Below are positions 52,884-63,519 of a stretch of DNA of 64,000 bases, one piece after another. Made by a program: the position numbers and the translations under genes. Source of the DNA: a plasmid; sequence record NZ_CP102531.1; one strand, 5' to 3'. Numbering within the stretch: position 1 is the stretch's first letter; every line of letters begins with the position of its first letter. The notes below the pieces were generated by a model, which was not told the origin of the DNA, made no database searches, and worked only from the letters and a program-made list of their open reading frames with translations.

Positions 52884-55800
52884 TTATTGACGTTCTCGTC
52901 TGTAAGGTTTGAAAAAGCTATAAACGAATAAGCCAAGAACCGAAAGTATCCCAATCAGTGTCATGCCAACGTTATTGACATCTCCTGTATTTGGCATTTT
53001 TTGACCATTGCCGTGATTGTCATTGGTGTTTGGTGGTGTACTCTTCTTAAAGTTCTTCGCCACAACCACAGCCGATTCATTATTGAGTTGAAGCTTGACC
53101 GTAAACGATATTTTTTCGTTACTCAGTTTATAACCAGCTGGTGCTGCTGTTTCAACAAAGTAGTAGTCGCCTGGCTTCAAATCATTGACTTGGATCTGGC
53201 CTTTAGCATCTGTCGTCAAACCGCTAGCGATCTTAGTGCCATTCTTCTTGTACAGATCGAACACTGCACCAGCAAGAGTTTTACCAGTATCGCCGTCTGT
53301 CTTGTTCAAAACAACTGAACCCGTCTTCTCGGCATTTGTTGCAGAAACGGTCGCAACTTTGGTTGTGGTTTGTAATTCAACCGTGAAGTTCAGCTTACTA
53401 TCATTTAGTTCATAGCCAGCTGGCGCTGCTGTTTCGACAAAGTAGTAGTCGCCTGGCTTCAAATCATTGACCTTGATTTGACCCTTAGCATCTGTCGTTA
53501 AACCGCTAGCGATCTTAGTGCCATTCTTCTTATACAGATCAAATACTGCACCAGCAAGAGTTTTACCAGTATCACTATCCGTCTTGTTCAAAACAACTGA
53601 ACCCGTCTTCTCGGCATTTGTTGCAGAAACGGTCGCAACCTTGGTTGTGGTTTGTAACTCGACCGTGAAGTTCAGCTTACTATCATTTAGTTCATAGCCA
53701 GCTGGTGCTGCTGTTTCGACAAAGTAGTAGTCGCCTGGCTTCAAGTCATTGACCTGGATTTGACCCTTAGCATCTGTGGTCAAACCACTAGCAAGCTTTG
53801 TGCCGTCCTTCTTATACAGATCAAATACTGCACCAGCAAGAGTTTTACCAGTATCACTATCCGTCTTGTTCAAGACAACTGAGCCAGTCTTCTCAGCATT
53901 TGTTGCAGAAACGGTCGCAACTTTGGCTGTGGTTTGTAATTCAACCGTGAAGTTCAGCTTACTGTCATTTAGTTCATAGCCAGCTGGCGCTGCTGTTTCG
54001 ACAAAGTAGTAGTCGCTTGGCTTCAAATCATTGACCTTGATTTGACCCTTAGCATCTGTGGTCAAACCACTAGCAACCTTAGTCCCATCCTTCTTATACA
54101 GATCAAATACTGCACCAGCAAGAGTTTTACCAGTATCACTATCCGTCTTGTTCAAGACAACTGAGCCAGTCTTCTCAGCATTTGTTGCAGAAACGGTCGC
54201 AACTTTGGCTGTGGTTTGTAATTCAACCGTGAAGTTCAGCTTACTGTCATTTAGTTCATAGCCAGCTGGCGCTGCTGTTTCGACAAAGTAGTAGTCGCCT
54301 GGCTTCAAATCATTGACCTTGATTTGACCCTTAGCATCTGTCATCAAACCGCTAGCGATCTTAGTACCGTCCTTCTTATAAAGATCGAACACGGCACCGG
54401 AAAGAGCTTTACCAGTATCACTATCCGTCTTGTTCAAAACAACTGAGCCAGTCTTCTCAGCATTTGTTGCAGAAACGGTCGCAACTTTGGCTGTGGTTTG
54501 TAATTCAACCGTGAAGTTCAGCTTACTGTCATTTAGTTCATAGCCAGCTGGCGCTGCTGTTTCGACAAAGTAGTAGTCGCCTGGCTTCAAATCATTGACC
54601 TTGATTTGACCCTTAGCATCTGTCGTCAAACCGCTAGCGATCTTAGTACCGTCTTTCTTATAAAGATCGAATACTGCACCAGCAAGAGTTTTACCAGTAT
54701 CGCCGTCGGTCTTGTTCAAAACAACTGAACCAGTCTTCTCAGCATTCGTTGCCGAGACGGTCGCAACCTTGGTTGTTTCCTGAAATTCAACCGTGAAGTT
54801 CAGCTTACTGTTGTTCAATTGATAACCAGCTGGCGCTGTTGTTTCGATAAAGTAGTAGTCACCTGGCTTCAAGTCATTGACCTTGATTTGACCCTTAGCA
54901 TCTGTGGTCAAACCACTAGCAACCTTAGTCCCATCCTTCTTATACAGATCAAATACTGCACCAGAAAGAGTTTTACCAGTATCACTATCCGTCTTGTTCA
55001 AGACACCTGAGCCAGTCTTCTCAGCATTTGTTGCAGAAACGGTCGCAACTTTGGCTGTGGTTTGTAATTCAACCGTGAAGTTCAGCTTACTGTCATTTAG
55101 TTCATAGCCAGCTGGCGCTGCTGTTTCGACAAAGTAGTAGTCGCCTGGCTTCAAGTCATTGACCTGGATTTGACCCTTAGCATCTGTGGTCAAACCGCTA
55201 GCGATCTTAGTACCGTCTTTCTTATAAAGATCGAATACTGCACCAGCAAGAGTTTTACCAGTATCGCCGTCGGTCTTGTTCAAAACAACTGAACCAGTCT
55301 TCTCAGCATTCGTTGCCGAGACGGTCGCAACCTTGGTTGTTTCCTGAAATTCAACCGTGAAGTTCAGCTTACTGTTGTTCAATTGATAACCAGCTGGCGC
55401 TGTTGTTTCGATAAAGTAGTAGTCACCTGGCTTCAAGTCATTGACCTTGATTTGACCCTTAGCATCTGTGGTCAAACCACTAGCAACCTTAGTCCCATCC
55501 TTCTTATACAGATCAAATACTGCACCAGAAAGAGTTTTACCAGTATCACTATCCGTCTTGTTCAAGACAACTGAGCCAGTCTTCTCAGCATTTGTTGCAG
55601 AAACGGTCGCAACTTTGGCTGTGGTTTGTAATTCAACCGTGAAGTTCAATTTACTGTCGTTTAGTTCATAACCAGCTGGTGCTGCTGTTTCGACAAAGTA
55701 GTAGTCGCTTGGCTTCAAATCATTGACCTTGATTTGACCCTTAGCATCTGTGGTCAAACCACTAGCAACCTTAGTCCCATCCTTCTTATACAGATCAAAT

Positions 55801-58800
55801 ACTGCACCAGCAAGAGTTTTACCAGTATCACTATCCGTCTTGTTCAAGACAACTGAGCCAGTCTTCTCAGCATTTGTTGCAGAAACGGTCGCAACTTTGG
55901 CTGTGGTTTGTAATTCAACCGTGAAGTTCAGCTTACTGTCATTTAGTTCATAGCCAGCTGGCGCTGCTGTTTCGACAAAGTAGTAGTCGCCTGGCTTCAA
56001 ATCATTGACCTTGATTTGACCCTTAGCATCTGTCATCAAACCGCTAGCGATCTTAGTACCGTCCTTCTTATAAAGATCGAACACGGCACCGGAAAGAGCT
56101 TTACCAGTATCACTATCCGTCTTGTTCAAAACAACTGAGCCAGTCTTCTCAGCATTTGTTGCAGAAACGGTCGCAACTTTGGCTGTGGTTTGTAATTCAA
56201 CCGTGAAGTTCAGCTTACTGTCATTTAGTTCATAGCCAGCTGGCGCTGCTGTTTCGACAAAGTAGTAGTCGCCTGGCTTCAAATCATTGACCTTGATTTG
56301 ACCCTTAGCATCTGTCATCAAACCGCTAGCGATCTTAGTACCGTCCTTCTTATAAAGATCGAACACGGCACCGGAAAGAGCTTTACCAGTATCACTATCC
56401 GTCTTGTTCAAAACAACTGAGCCAGTCTTCTCAGCATTTGTTGCAGAAACGGTCGCAACTTTGGCTGTGGTTTGTAATTCAACCGTGAAGTTCAGCTTAC
56501 TGTCATTTAGTTCATAGCCAGCTGGCGCTGCTGTTTCGACAAAGTAGTAGTCGCCTGGCTTCAAATCATTGACCTTGATTTGACCCTTAGCATCTGTCGT
56601 CAAACCGCTAGCGATCTTAGTACCGTCTTTCTTATAAAGATCGAATACTGCACCAGCAAGAGTTTTACCAGTATCGCCGTCGGTCTTGTTCAAAACAACT
56701 GAACCAGTCTTCTCAGCATTCGTTGCCGAGACGGTCGCAACCTTGGTTGTTTCCTGAAATTCAACCGTGAAGTTCAGCTTACTGTTGTTCAATTGATAAC
56801 CAGCTGGCGCTGTTGTTTCGATAAAGTAGTAGTCACCTGGCTTCAAGTCATTGACCTTGATTTGACCTTTAGCATCTGTCGTCAAACCACTAGCAAGCTT
56901 TGTGCCGTCCTTCTTATACAGATCGAACACGGCACCGGAAAGAACTTTACCAGTATCACCATCTGTCTTTGTTAGAAGAACGCTCCCTAATGCTTTATCA
57001 TTTGTGACTGGAACTTTTAATTGAATACTATCGCTATTAATTGTAAAGGCATGCTGAATATCATCTAGCTTATATCCATCAGGTGCCTTTGTTTCGATAA
57101 TATAATAGTCTCCAGCATTAAGACCGGTATAACTTACAGTGCCATCTAATCCCGTCTTAAGATTCGAAGCAACCTTAGTCCCGTCTTTCTTATAAAGATC
57201 AAATATTGCTCCAGCTAAAGGACTTGAGTTATCAGCATCAGACTTTTCAATCGTGACCTTACCTTTTTGATTAGTGGCAGAAACCAAGACATTATTATCA
57301 GCATTTGCTTCTTTATACTGAAGATTGATTTCTTTTCCATTTGTCAAACTGGTAGAAATCACATAGCCATCTGGGGCCTTTGTTTCAACTAAAATGTATT
57401 TTCCAGATTTAAGATTATTCCATGTGATACTGCCTGCAGCATCCGTTGTCCCTGTACGAAGCTTCTGCCCTTTTTGTCCGGAAACATCCGACCAAAGTTC
57501 AAAAGAAGCTCCAGCAATTGACTTTTTGGTGTCAGCATCACTCTTGGTAAGAACGATATTGGTGTTCTTACCCGTTGCCGATCCGTAGTTGTTTACTACT
57601 TGTGTCGATCCGTTGGTATTGTTATCAACATCCTTTTCGCCCTTGCCTGATATCGATGCTGTGTTTGTCAACGTATCATTAATTTTTGACGAATTGATCA
57701 GTGAACGATAATGAATCGAGTAAGCCGAACTAATTTCCTTTGCAAAGGAAATCTTCATCGTTTGCTTACCAGTTACATTATCAGTTTGCAGATCCACAGA
57801 GTAATCCTTACCAAGTACTAATGGATTACTCGTATCTTCAGTAAAGTCACCATTAGCAGCGACCTTCCCTGGATAGATCACAATAGAGCTTTCGCCAATA
57901 ATTTGATTGTCAGAAGGCTCATCGGTAACAACTGCATCGCTGAAAGTTGACTGTGCTTTATTGACCCATATCGTCCACAATGCATAAGCAGAGTTCGTTG
58001 GGTCTTGTTTGCCACTTTTATCCAGAACATTGCCACTGTATGGCACTGTCACCTTAGCCGTCAAATCACTAGATTTTTTGTTATTTGTATAGGTCGCTGT
58101 ATTGTCATACGACTTTTGATCAATGACCTTACCAGAGAGACTAGTTTGGTAAGTCAAGACATAAGCCTTAGAACTATCATTTGGTAATTTAGCAGTAAGC
58201 TGTTTCTTAGTACTGTCAAAGGAAATATTAGCGGAAGCAACTTGTGTTCCCAAAATATATGAGCCATTTGTGTTAATAGAAGCTTCATACAACTTGGCGC
58301 TACCTGCTACATAGTCTTGGTCACCAATAATTGGATCAGTAATAGAGGCATTGCTAAGTTTACGTTGATTATAGTTAGCAACCACGGTCCAAGTAATTTG
58401 TTTAGAAACAGCATTATAACTCCCCGACTTGCTGCCATCATTTTTAAACTCAGTCTTAGGGGTGAAGTCTGCCTGTCCCTTATTTGTATGATCTTGGCCG
58501 TCTTTATCAGTCCAAGTTGCCGTAGCAGTGTTAGTCCACTTACCCCCATTCGGAAGGCTATTCGTTTCAAAGTCAGTTTTATAACTCAGAGTATACCAAC
58601 TTGTAGCATGCTTTTTTAAAGCATTAGCGAAGGATATGGTAAAACCGTTCCCTTGCTTGCTAATCACATAGTCCGTTCCTTCAGTGAGGGTTGTATTATG
58701 ATCTTTATCTTTCAGAACAAAGGAATCATAATCTACAGTCAGCCCATCCGGGACTGGATCGGTCATTGACCAATTGCTCATATTTTGGCGGGCCATATTG

Positions 58801-60749
58801 ATATCAAAGTTCCATGTAACAGTCTTAGCATTATAGTCAACGCTACCGAGGGACTTAGTTAGTCCCTGCTGTCCGACTGAATTATTTTCAGAATTAGAGG
58901 TTTGGCCGTTGCTATCTACCCTGTTACTAATCTTTTGGCCTTTATCACCAATTGGGTCTGTTACTTGTGACTGATATGAAATTTTGACTCCCTTGTTCAG
59001 CCCATTGGGGAAAACAATAGTCATTTCAGTTCTATCAACATTGTAAGTTACTTTATAGTCATCAGTACTGATAGGCGTACCAGCCTCATCAACTAATGAA
59101 AGCTTATTGTCCTCCGGGAATGTTTGGCCCGTTGATAACGTATCTACCAACTTAGTATTGGCAGAAAGTGTCTTTTCGCCATAATTGTAATAAATATGCC
59201 AATTATACTTTTGACTACCATTCTTATCCTGACCGTCAAAACTCTTGTTTAAAAGTTTCCCGTAGTTAGCCTTTACTGTCGCACTAGCTGGAGAGTCTTT
59301 ATCACCGTTAGTTAAGGTAGCATTGTTCGTAAAGGTTAAGATTCCGCCATTATCTGGTAATTTACTCGAATCGATGTCGCTAGTGTATGCAATCTTAAAA
59401 GCCTGATAGGTATCTGCATATGCACCAACAAATGTGATTTTTCCATTTTCAACCTTGTAATCCGTACCTTCTTTAAGGGGATCGCCAGTTTTAGTCACAT
59501 TCCCCTTCAGATTAACTGTCAAGGGATATACACTAACCGATTTCAGCGTGGTCGGCACAGTGTTGGTAGTATCACTTGGCATTGGATCAGAAATTGTTGC
59601 ATTCTTTAGCTCTTTACCATTGGTATTAATTGTGACGTTCCACGTAATCCCTGTTGGGTTATTTCCAGATGTGTTAGCCCCGGTTAGTTGGCCAGTTTTA
59701 GCAATATCATTGCCACCTGATGGATGGACAACAATCGGTATTTCAACAGGACCGCTTGTCTTATCAATTTTAATTGTATCTTTGCCAGATGATGAATCAC
59801 TACTAATAGTAGCGGTGTACCCAAATGTTCCTTCAATATTGTTCACACTTTCAACATTGCTATTAAAGATGAACTTAACTGTGCCATCAGCAGCTATGCT
59901 ATAAGTTCCATAGTCATCAAGAGTTCCCGTACCTGGTTTATAGGTAATTCCTTCGGGTAACTTAAATGAGAAATAGTCACCATCTTTAAGCTGATACCCA
60001 TCTTTCATATCATTCGGAATTGCCCACGTATATTGAAAATTAAGATTGGTATCTTTTGTCACTTGTGTGCGATCAACAGTATGACCATCGCTATCTGTGA
60101 ATTCAATCTTTGCTCCAGTAATGATTGTCCCTTTGGAGTCATCTGGCAAATACTTTGAAATATCATTGCCCTCAGTACTCTTAGAAACTGCCTTTTCACC
60201 TTGGCTTGTCGCCGTAACACTAGGCGCAGCTTTGCTGCTAGCATTGGTCGAAGGCTTATCAGCTTTTGTTTTCTCAATAGAATCAGTCAGCTTTGCAACA
60301 ACATTTTGACTATCCGTCGAAAAATTGACAGATCCTTCTAAGGATGAAGCCTCCGTGAGACTTAGTTGGATAGTTGCTGTGCCAGAAACATTACCTAAAA
60401 CCTCTAACTCTAATTTGTTGGCCGAATAGGTATATTTCCCGACAACTTTTTGATTGGCATCAAGAATATTAGAATTGCTCGTATCTTTCAGTTGCTGATT
60501 GTTAGAAACAGATACTGAAACTTCCTTATGAATACTTTCATCTGTTGAATTATTTAATGAAAGCTTCAGGTCAATGTTCCGTGATCCAGCAGCTTCTTGA
60601 GTTGCCCCTAGAAGTTGAACCTCTGTCGAATGATCGGCCGCACTGGGGCTAGATGTAACGGCTCCTACAACTTGAGCTGATGATTGTAAGAACAGCAAAA
60701 AAATCAGAACCAAAGAATATATTTGCTGTCCTATTTTCTTCTTGTTCAT
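52884..60749 (-). CDS. Giant cell-wall-anchored adhesin (2621 aa): signal peptide, about 1000-aa non-repetitive N-terminal region, about 16 Cna-B-type 94-aa repeats, C-terminal sorting signal with MPNTG motif
   Basis: The N-terminal signal peptide is MNKKKIGQQIYSLVLIFLLFLQSSAQVVGA. The repeats read TGSVVLNKTD(S/G)DTGK(T/A)L(A/S)GAVFDLYKKDGTK(V/I/L)ASGL(T/M)TDAKGQI(K/Q)VNDLKPGDYYF(V/I)ET(A/T)APAGY(E/Q)LN(D/N)SKLNFTVE(L/F)Q(T/E)T(A/T)KVATVSATNAEK. The C-terminus has ..QKMPNTGD, a hydrophobic stretch and KPYRRERQ. Confidence 0.8.
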   Translation of the reverse strand: MNKKKIGQQIYSLVLIFLLFLQSSAQVVGAVTSSPSAADHSTEVQLLGATQEAAGSRNIDLKLSLNNSTDESIHKEVSVSVSNNQQLKDTSNSNILDANQKVVGKYTYSANKLELEVLGNVSGTATIQLSLTEASSLEGSVNFSTDSQNVVAKLTDSIEKTKADKPSTNASSKAAPSVTATSQGEKAVSKSTEGNDISKYLPDDSKGTIITGAKIEFTDSDGHTVDRTQVTKDTNLNFQYTWAIPNDMKDGYQLKDGDYFSFKLPEGITYKPGTGTLDDYGTYSIAADGTVKFIFNSNVESVNNIEGTFGYTATISSDSSSGKDTIKIDKTSGPVEIPIVVHPSGGNDIAKTGQLTGANTSGNNPTGITWNVTINTNGKELKNATISDPMPSDTTNTVPTTLKSVSVYPLTVNLKGNVTKTGDPLKEGTDYKVENGKITFVGAYADTYQAFKIAYTSDIDSSKLPDNGGILTFTNNATLTNGDKDSPASATVKANYGKLLNKSFDGQDKNGSQKYNWHIYYNYGEKTLSANTKLVDTLSTGQTFPEDNKLSLVDEAGTPISTDDYKVTYNVDRTEMTIVFPNGLNKGVKISYQSQVTDPIGDKGQKISNRVDSNGQTSNSENNSVGQQGLTKSLGSVDYNAKTVTWNFDINMARQNMSNWSMTDPVPDGLTVDYDSFVLKDKDHNTTLTEGTDYVISKQGNGFTISFANALKKHATSWYTLSYKTDFETNSLPNGGKWTNTATATWTDKDGQDHTNKGQADFTPKTEFKNDGSKSGSYNAVSKQITWTVVANYNQRKLSNASITDPIIGDQDYVAGSAKLYEASINTNGSYILGTQVASANISFDSTKKQLTAKLPNDSSKAYVLTYQTSLSGKVIDQKSYDNTATYTNNKKSSDLTAKVTVPYSGNVLDKSGKQDPTNSAYALWTIWVNKAQSTFSDAVVTDEPSDNQIIGESSIVIYPGKVAANGDFTEDTSNPLVLGKDYSVDLQTDNVTGKQTMKISFAKEISSAYSIHYRSLINSSKINDTLTNTASISGKGEKDVDNNTNGSTQVVNNYGSATGKNTNIVLTKSDADTKKSIAGASFELWSDVSGQKGQKLRTGTTDAAGSITWNNLKSGKYILVETKAPDGYVISTSLTNGKEINLQYKEANADNNVLVSATNQKGKVTIEKSDADNSSPLAGAIFDLYKKDGTKVASNLKTGLDGTVSYTGLNAGDYYIIETKAPDGYKLDDIQHAFTINSDSIQLKVPVTNDKALGSVLLTKTDGDTGKVLSGAVFDLYKKDGTKLASGLTTDAKGQIKVNDLKPGDYYFIETTAPAGYQLNNSKLNFTVEFQETTKVATVSATNAEKTGSVVLNKTDGDTGKTLAGAVFDLYKKDGTKIASGLTTDAKGQIKVNDLKPGDYYFVETAAPAGYELNDSKLNFTVELQTTAKVATVSATNAEKTGSVVLNKTDSDTGKALSGAVFDLYKKDGTKIASGLMTDAKGQIKVNDLKPGDYYFVETAAPAGYELNDSKLNFTVELQTTAKVATVSATNAEKTGSVVLNKTDSDTGKALSGAVFDLYKKDGTKIASGLMTDAKGQIKVNDLKPGDYYFVETAAPAGYELNDSKLNFTVELQTTAKVATVSATNAEKTGSVVLNKTDSDTGKTLAGAVFDLYKKDGTKVASGLTTDAKGQIKVNDLKPSDYYFVETAAPAGYELNDSKLNFTVELQTTAKVATVSATNAEKTGSVVLNKTDSDTGKTLSGAVFDLYKKDGTKVASGLTTDAKGQIKVNDLKPGDYYFIETTAPAGYQLNNSKLNFTVEFQETTKVATVSATNAEKTGSVVLNKTDGDTGKTLAGAVFDLYKKDGTKIASGLTTDAKGQIQVNDLKPGDYYFVETAAPAGYELNDSKLNFTVELQTTAKVATVSATNAEKTGSGVLNKTDSDTGKTLSGAVFDLYKKDGTKVASGLTTDAKGQIKVNDLKPGDYYFIETTAPAGYQLNNSKLNFTVEFQETTKVATVSATNAEKTGSVVLNKTDGDTGKTLAGAVFDLYKKDGTKIASGLTTDAKGQIKVNDLKPGDYYFVETAAPAGYELNDSKLNFTVELQTTAKVATVSATNAEKTGSVVLNKTDSDTGKALSGAVFDLYKKDGTKIASGLMTDAKGQIKVNDLKPGDYYFVETAAPAGYELNDSKLNFTVELQTTAKVATVSATNAEKTGSVVLNKTDSDTGKTLAGAVFDLYKKDGTKVASGLTTDAKGQIKVNDLKPSDYYFVETAAPAGYELNDSKLNFTVELQTTAKVATVSATNAEKTGSVVLNKTDSDTGKTLAGAVFDLYKKDGTKLASGLTTDAKGQIQVNDLKPGDYYFVETAAPAGYELNDSKLNFTVELQTTTKVATVSATNAEKTGSVVLNKTDSDTGKTLAGAVFDLYKKNGTKIASGLTTDAKGQIKVNDLKPGDYYFVETAAPAGYELNDSKLNFTVELQTTTKVATVSATNAEKTGSVVLNKTDGDTGKTLAGAVFDLYKKNGTKIASGLTTDAKGQIQVNDLKPGDYYFVETAAPAGYKLSNEKISFTVKLQLNNESAVVVAKNFKKSTPPNTNDNHGNGQKMPNTGDVNNVGMTLIGILSVLGLFVYSFFKPYRRERQ
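53040..57000. repeat. About 14 near-identical tandem 282-bp repeats (with flanking, more divergent copies) encoding the Cna-B domain array
   Basis: Identical antisense ORFs recur at 53776, 54058, 54904, 55468 and 55750, all multiples of 282 bp apart. Long stretches of DNA are identical between units. Confidence 0.8.
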
Positions 60750-61226
60750 AGTTTACCTCTATTTCGAAATAGTCAATTTTTATTTTTTGAACCCAATTTT
60801 AACAAATAAAGTTTGCCCCTCTCCTTTCTAAAAAAACATATATATGTATCCTATAAGTCGTGGATTCAGTCACAACTCGAAAGATTTAAGCTATAGGTTA
60901 CACATGTTAAATATACAACAATTTTGCTTATACTAATAGTTATTATCGGGTCTAGAATTTTTGGTGTTGGAAAGTATTTCCATTCCAAAAGTACTAGGCC
61001 CTTTTTGATAACAAAAAAAGGCATCTAAGCCTCCCTAGTGCTATGATTTAAGCGGGGTAGGAATAGATGTCTCAACTAGATAATACACTTAAATTACTGC
61101 CTCAATTTTCAAGTCAAGTGCAACGATGATAACGAATTCTTGATAGTGGTCTAGGCTGTTAGGGTCTGTACTAGAATTTCGGACAGAAACATAAGAGAAT
61201 TGATTTATCCGAAAGGAGTCCTCAAA

Positions 61227-61508
61227 ATGACCTATTCACGCAATCGCTACGACCAAGATTTTAAGAAAAATGCGGTACATTTGAGTTTTAACTCTTCCAA
61301 ACCAGTTAAAATCATTGCCTCCGAACTTGGTGTTCCTGAAAGTGCCCTGTATCGTTGGCGGAAGCTATATACCGAAGATGGAAAGCAAACACCGTTTGCT
61401 TCTTTAGAAGCTGAGAACCGTGCCTTAAAACGTGAAAATGCCGAATTAGCATTGGAGCGTGATATGTTAAAAAAAGCCGCCGCCTACTTTGCCAGTCTCC
61501 AGAAGTAA
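61227..61508 (+). CDS. IS3-family transposase OrfA
   Basis: RBS aaaggag. MTYSRNRYDQDFKKNAVHL... has an HTH and a leucine zipper (ENRALKRENAELALERDMLKK). Confidence 0.7.
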   Translation: MTYSRNRYDQDFKKNAVHLSFNSSKPVKIIASELGVPESALYRWRKLYTEDGKQTPFASLEAENRALKRENAELALERDMLKKAAAYFASLQK

Positions 61509-61531
61509 CCCCCAGCGATAAGTATGCTTTT

Positions 61532-62389
61532 ATGTTGAGGGAAACCTCTGTTTCTGTGGTAAGGTGGGCGCGTTTGTTAGACGTATCAACGAGTGGTTAT
61601 TATGCTTGGCGGAGAGCTTTGCCAAAGCGAAACGCCAAAGAAAGGCAATATCGTCAACGAATCAAACACTTTTTTGATCAAGGACAGGGCACTTACGGGC
61701 CCAAACGCATCTGCGGTTTATTGCGTAAAAATGGTAATAAAGCTTCCTATCACCGAGTTGCCCGTCTGATGGCTGATGCCGGTCTGTATTCAACGCTACG
61801 TTGTCGTCATCCGAAGAGTTTGACCGATAGCCGCCTTGCTCGTCAAGGTGATTATCCCAATCTAGTGAAACACCAATCTTTTAAGCCGTTTGAAGCCTTA
61901 TCAAGTGACATTACACAGACGACAACATCAGAAGGAAAAGCTTACATTTGCCAAATAAGGGATTTGAACAGCAACCTAGTGTTAGCTCATCAAATATCCA
62001 ATCATATGGACACGGATTTAGTCTTAGCGACACTTAAACAAGCCCACCAAAGGTGGGCTTTGCCAGAAACGTGTATTTTTCATAGTGACCGTGGTAGCCA
62101 ATACACGGCCAAAGAAGTGACAAAGTTGGTCAACCAATATCATTGGCAACGTAGCTTCTCAGCATTGGGAAAACCGGGTGATAACGCTTGGAGCGAAAGC
62201 TTCTTTGCCATCATGAAGAAAGAGCTCATTTATCAGATACAATTTAAAGATATCAATGAACTGAGAGCGCAAGTCTTCGCTTACATCGAGACCTTTTACA
62301 ACCGCGTAAGGGTACAAGCACGCTTAGACTATCTTGCACCAGTAGCATGGCTTTCCTTGTATGACCAAGCTTCACAAAAAGTCGCTTAG
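61532..62389 (+). CDS. IS3-family transposase OrfB (DDE integrase core)
   Basis: HSDRGSQYTAKEV...DNAWSESFF motifs. Probably expressed by -1 frameshift fusion with OrfA. Confidence 0.7.
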   Translation: MLRETSVSVVRWARLLDVSTSGYYAWRRALPKRNAKERQYRQRIKHFFDQGQGTYGPKRICGLLRKNGNKASYHRVARLMADAGLYSTLRCRHPKSLTDSRLARQGDYPNLVKHQSFKPFEALSSDITQTTTSEGKAYICQIRDLNSNLVLAHQISNHMDTDLVLATLKQAHQRWALPETCIFHSDRGSQYTAKEVTKLVNQYHWQRSFSALGKPGDNAWSESFFAIMKKELIYQIQFKDINELRAQVFAYIETFYNRVRVQARLDYLAPVAWLSLYDQASQKVA

Positions 62390-62456
62390 CAAACTGTCCG
62401 AAAAAGTGTTGACTTCCCTGTCGTCAGGGTGTTGCACTTGAATTGTAAACTGGGGA

Positions 62457-62544
62457 GAAATATTGCTTGGATAATCTGGCATGACAAACTCCTCAGTCGG
62501 TTTTCCACAATTCTACCAGATTCAGCAGATACTAGACAGGTTCT
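62457..62544 (-). mobile_element. Solo terminal fragment (about 88 bp) of the IS5-family element, abutting the IS3
   Basis: atattgcttggataatctggcatgacaaactcctcagtcggttttccacaattctaccagattcagcagatactagacaggttct is identical to the orfA-proximal end of copies B1-B3. It includes the IR and the first codons of orfA in reverse-complement. Confidence 0.6.
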
Positions 62545-62624
62545 AAGATTCAACAACATAACCAAGTTTGAACTATCAAACATAGGGGGAAAAACAAATG
62601 GATTAAGTCGAAGAATGGCTGGCT

Positions 62625-62942
62625 TTACTCTTCGTCAAATTCAATTTCCGACACCGTTTCTTCTAAATTATCTAACACTTCGTTACCTTCAATAAAGTTA
62701 ACCCAACTGTCATAAGGCTGAAACTTATTTTCTTTAATGTTAGTTTTGAGCTTATCGTATACGTTGTCAATAAACTGACTGACCATTTTATCGACAGCAC
62801 TTGTTACAGCTGTTTCACTCCATCGCTTTGATGCAGAACGCTGACGATTTCTACTATGTTGGTAAGTCAAAGCCTGGCTGCGGAAAATAGCAACCACACG
62901 ACTATTAGCATTCAAATACGTTTCAAATTCTTCACAATCCAT
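62625..62942 (-). CDS. Hypothetical protein with acidic C-terminus (105 aa), divergent from yolD
   Basis: ORF only. Confidence 0.4.
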   Translation of the reverse strand: MDCEEFETYLNANSRVVAIFRSQALTYQHSRNRQRSASKRWSETAVTSAVDKMVSQFIDNVYDKLKTNIKENKFQPYDSWVNFIEGNEVLDNLEETVSEIEFDEE

Positions 62943-63135
62943 TGTGCTTCCTCCTCAAAACAAGATTCAATTCATAGCAAGGCTTCAGCAAAAGGCATGT
63001 CATCCTACATGCCTTTTTTACTGTTGTCTTTCAATTTCAGTATAAAACGTCCTGCGGTTTTAGGCAAACGTATGTTTGCAATCGAGAACGTGTGTTTGTA
63101 TAATAACTATAAAATACATAAAGGAGGTCAGTATT

Positions 63136-63519
63136 ATGGAAAACAATGTGCCGCAAGAAAAGTGGCTTTATCCTGATCGGTGCATGAAGAAATGGCTCGG
63201 TTGGATTCTCAGTGATCATTCTGCCTATATGGAGAAAGCTTCCATTTCTGAACGTCCTGTCGAACCAAAGCCAGAACAGTCTCAAGAAACCATTAGCGAC
63301 ATCCTTGAAGATGCCTGGCAAAATGCAAAAATCGTAGCCGTTCAAATTGGCACACCCTACGATGATCGGTTGCTACCAGATATTGAGGGCGCCGTCATTG
63401 GTCATTGGGACGATCAGGTTTATTTACAACTCAAGAACGGCGACACCCAATCAGTCAATGCAGCTGATATTCGTAACGTAGCTTTGCTCAATCCTGATCG
63501 GTGGTGGGCATTAGCATGA
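63136..63519 (+). CDS. yolD: YolD-like protein (accessory gene found upstream of Y-family polymerase genes in Firmicutes)
   Basis: The track ORF starts at 63076. The ATG at 63136 is preceded by aaaggagg. Its stop overlaps the start of the umuC-like gene (ATGA). Confidence 0.55.
   Translation: MENNVPQEKWLYPDRCMKKWLGWILSDHSAYMEKASISERPVEPKPEQSQETISDILEDAWQNAKIVAVQIGTPYDDRLLPDIEGAVIGHWDDQVYLQLKNGDTQSVNAADIRNVALLNPDRWWALA

Larger units (their letters stand above)
61167..62426 (+). mobile_element. IS3-family insertion sequence (intact orfA/orfB)
   Basis: Boundaries are approximate: a TG...CA-type end, with tgtactagaatttcggacag at 61167 and ..ctgtccgaaaaagtgttgacttccctgtcgtca ending at 62426. Different IS3 lineage from the degenerate copy. 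Confidence 0.6.

Noticed and set aside
53776-55953. Recurring 67-aa plus-strand ORFs (MVKPLATLVPSFLYRSN...)
   Set aside because: They are antisense-frame echoes of the 282-bp tandem repeats inside the giant adhesin gene, spaced at exact multiples of 282 bp. Not independent genes.
53040-57000. Possible CRISPR array suggested by regular repeats
   Set aside because: The repeats are 282 bp, coding and contiguous (no spacers), and form the Cna-B array of the adhesin. No CRISPR-like short repeat/spacer pattern or cas genes were found anywhere in the window.
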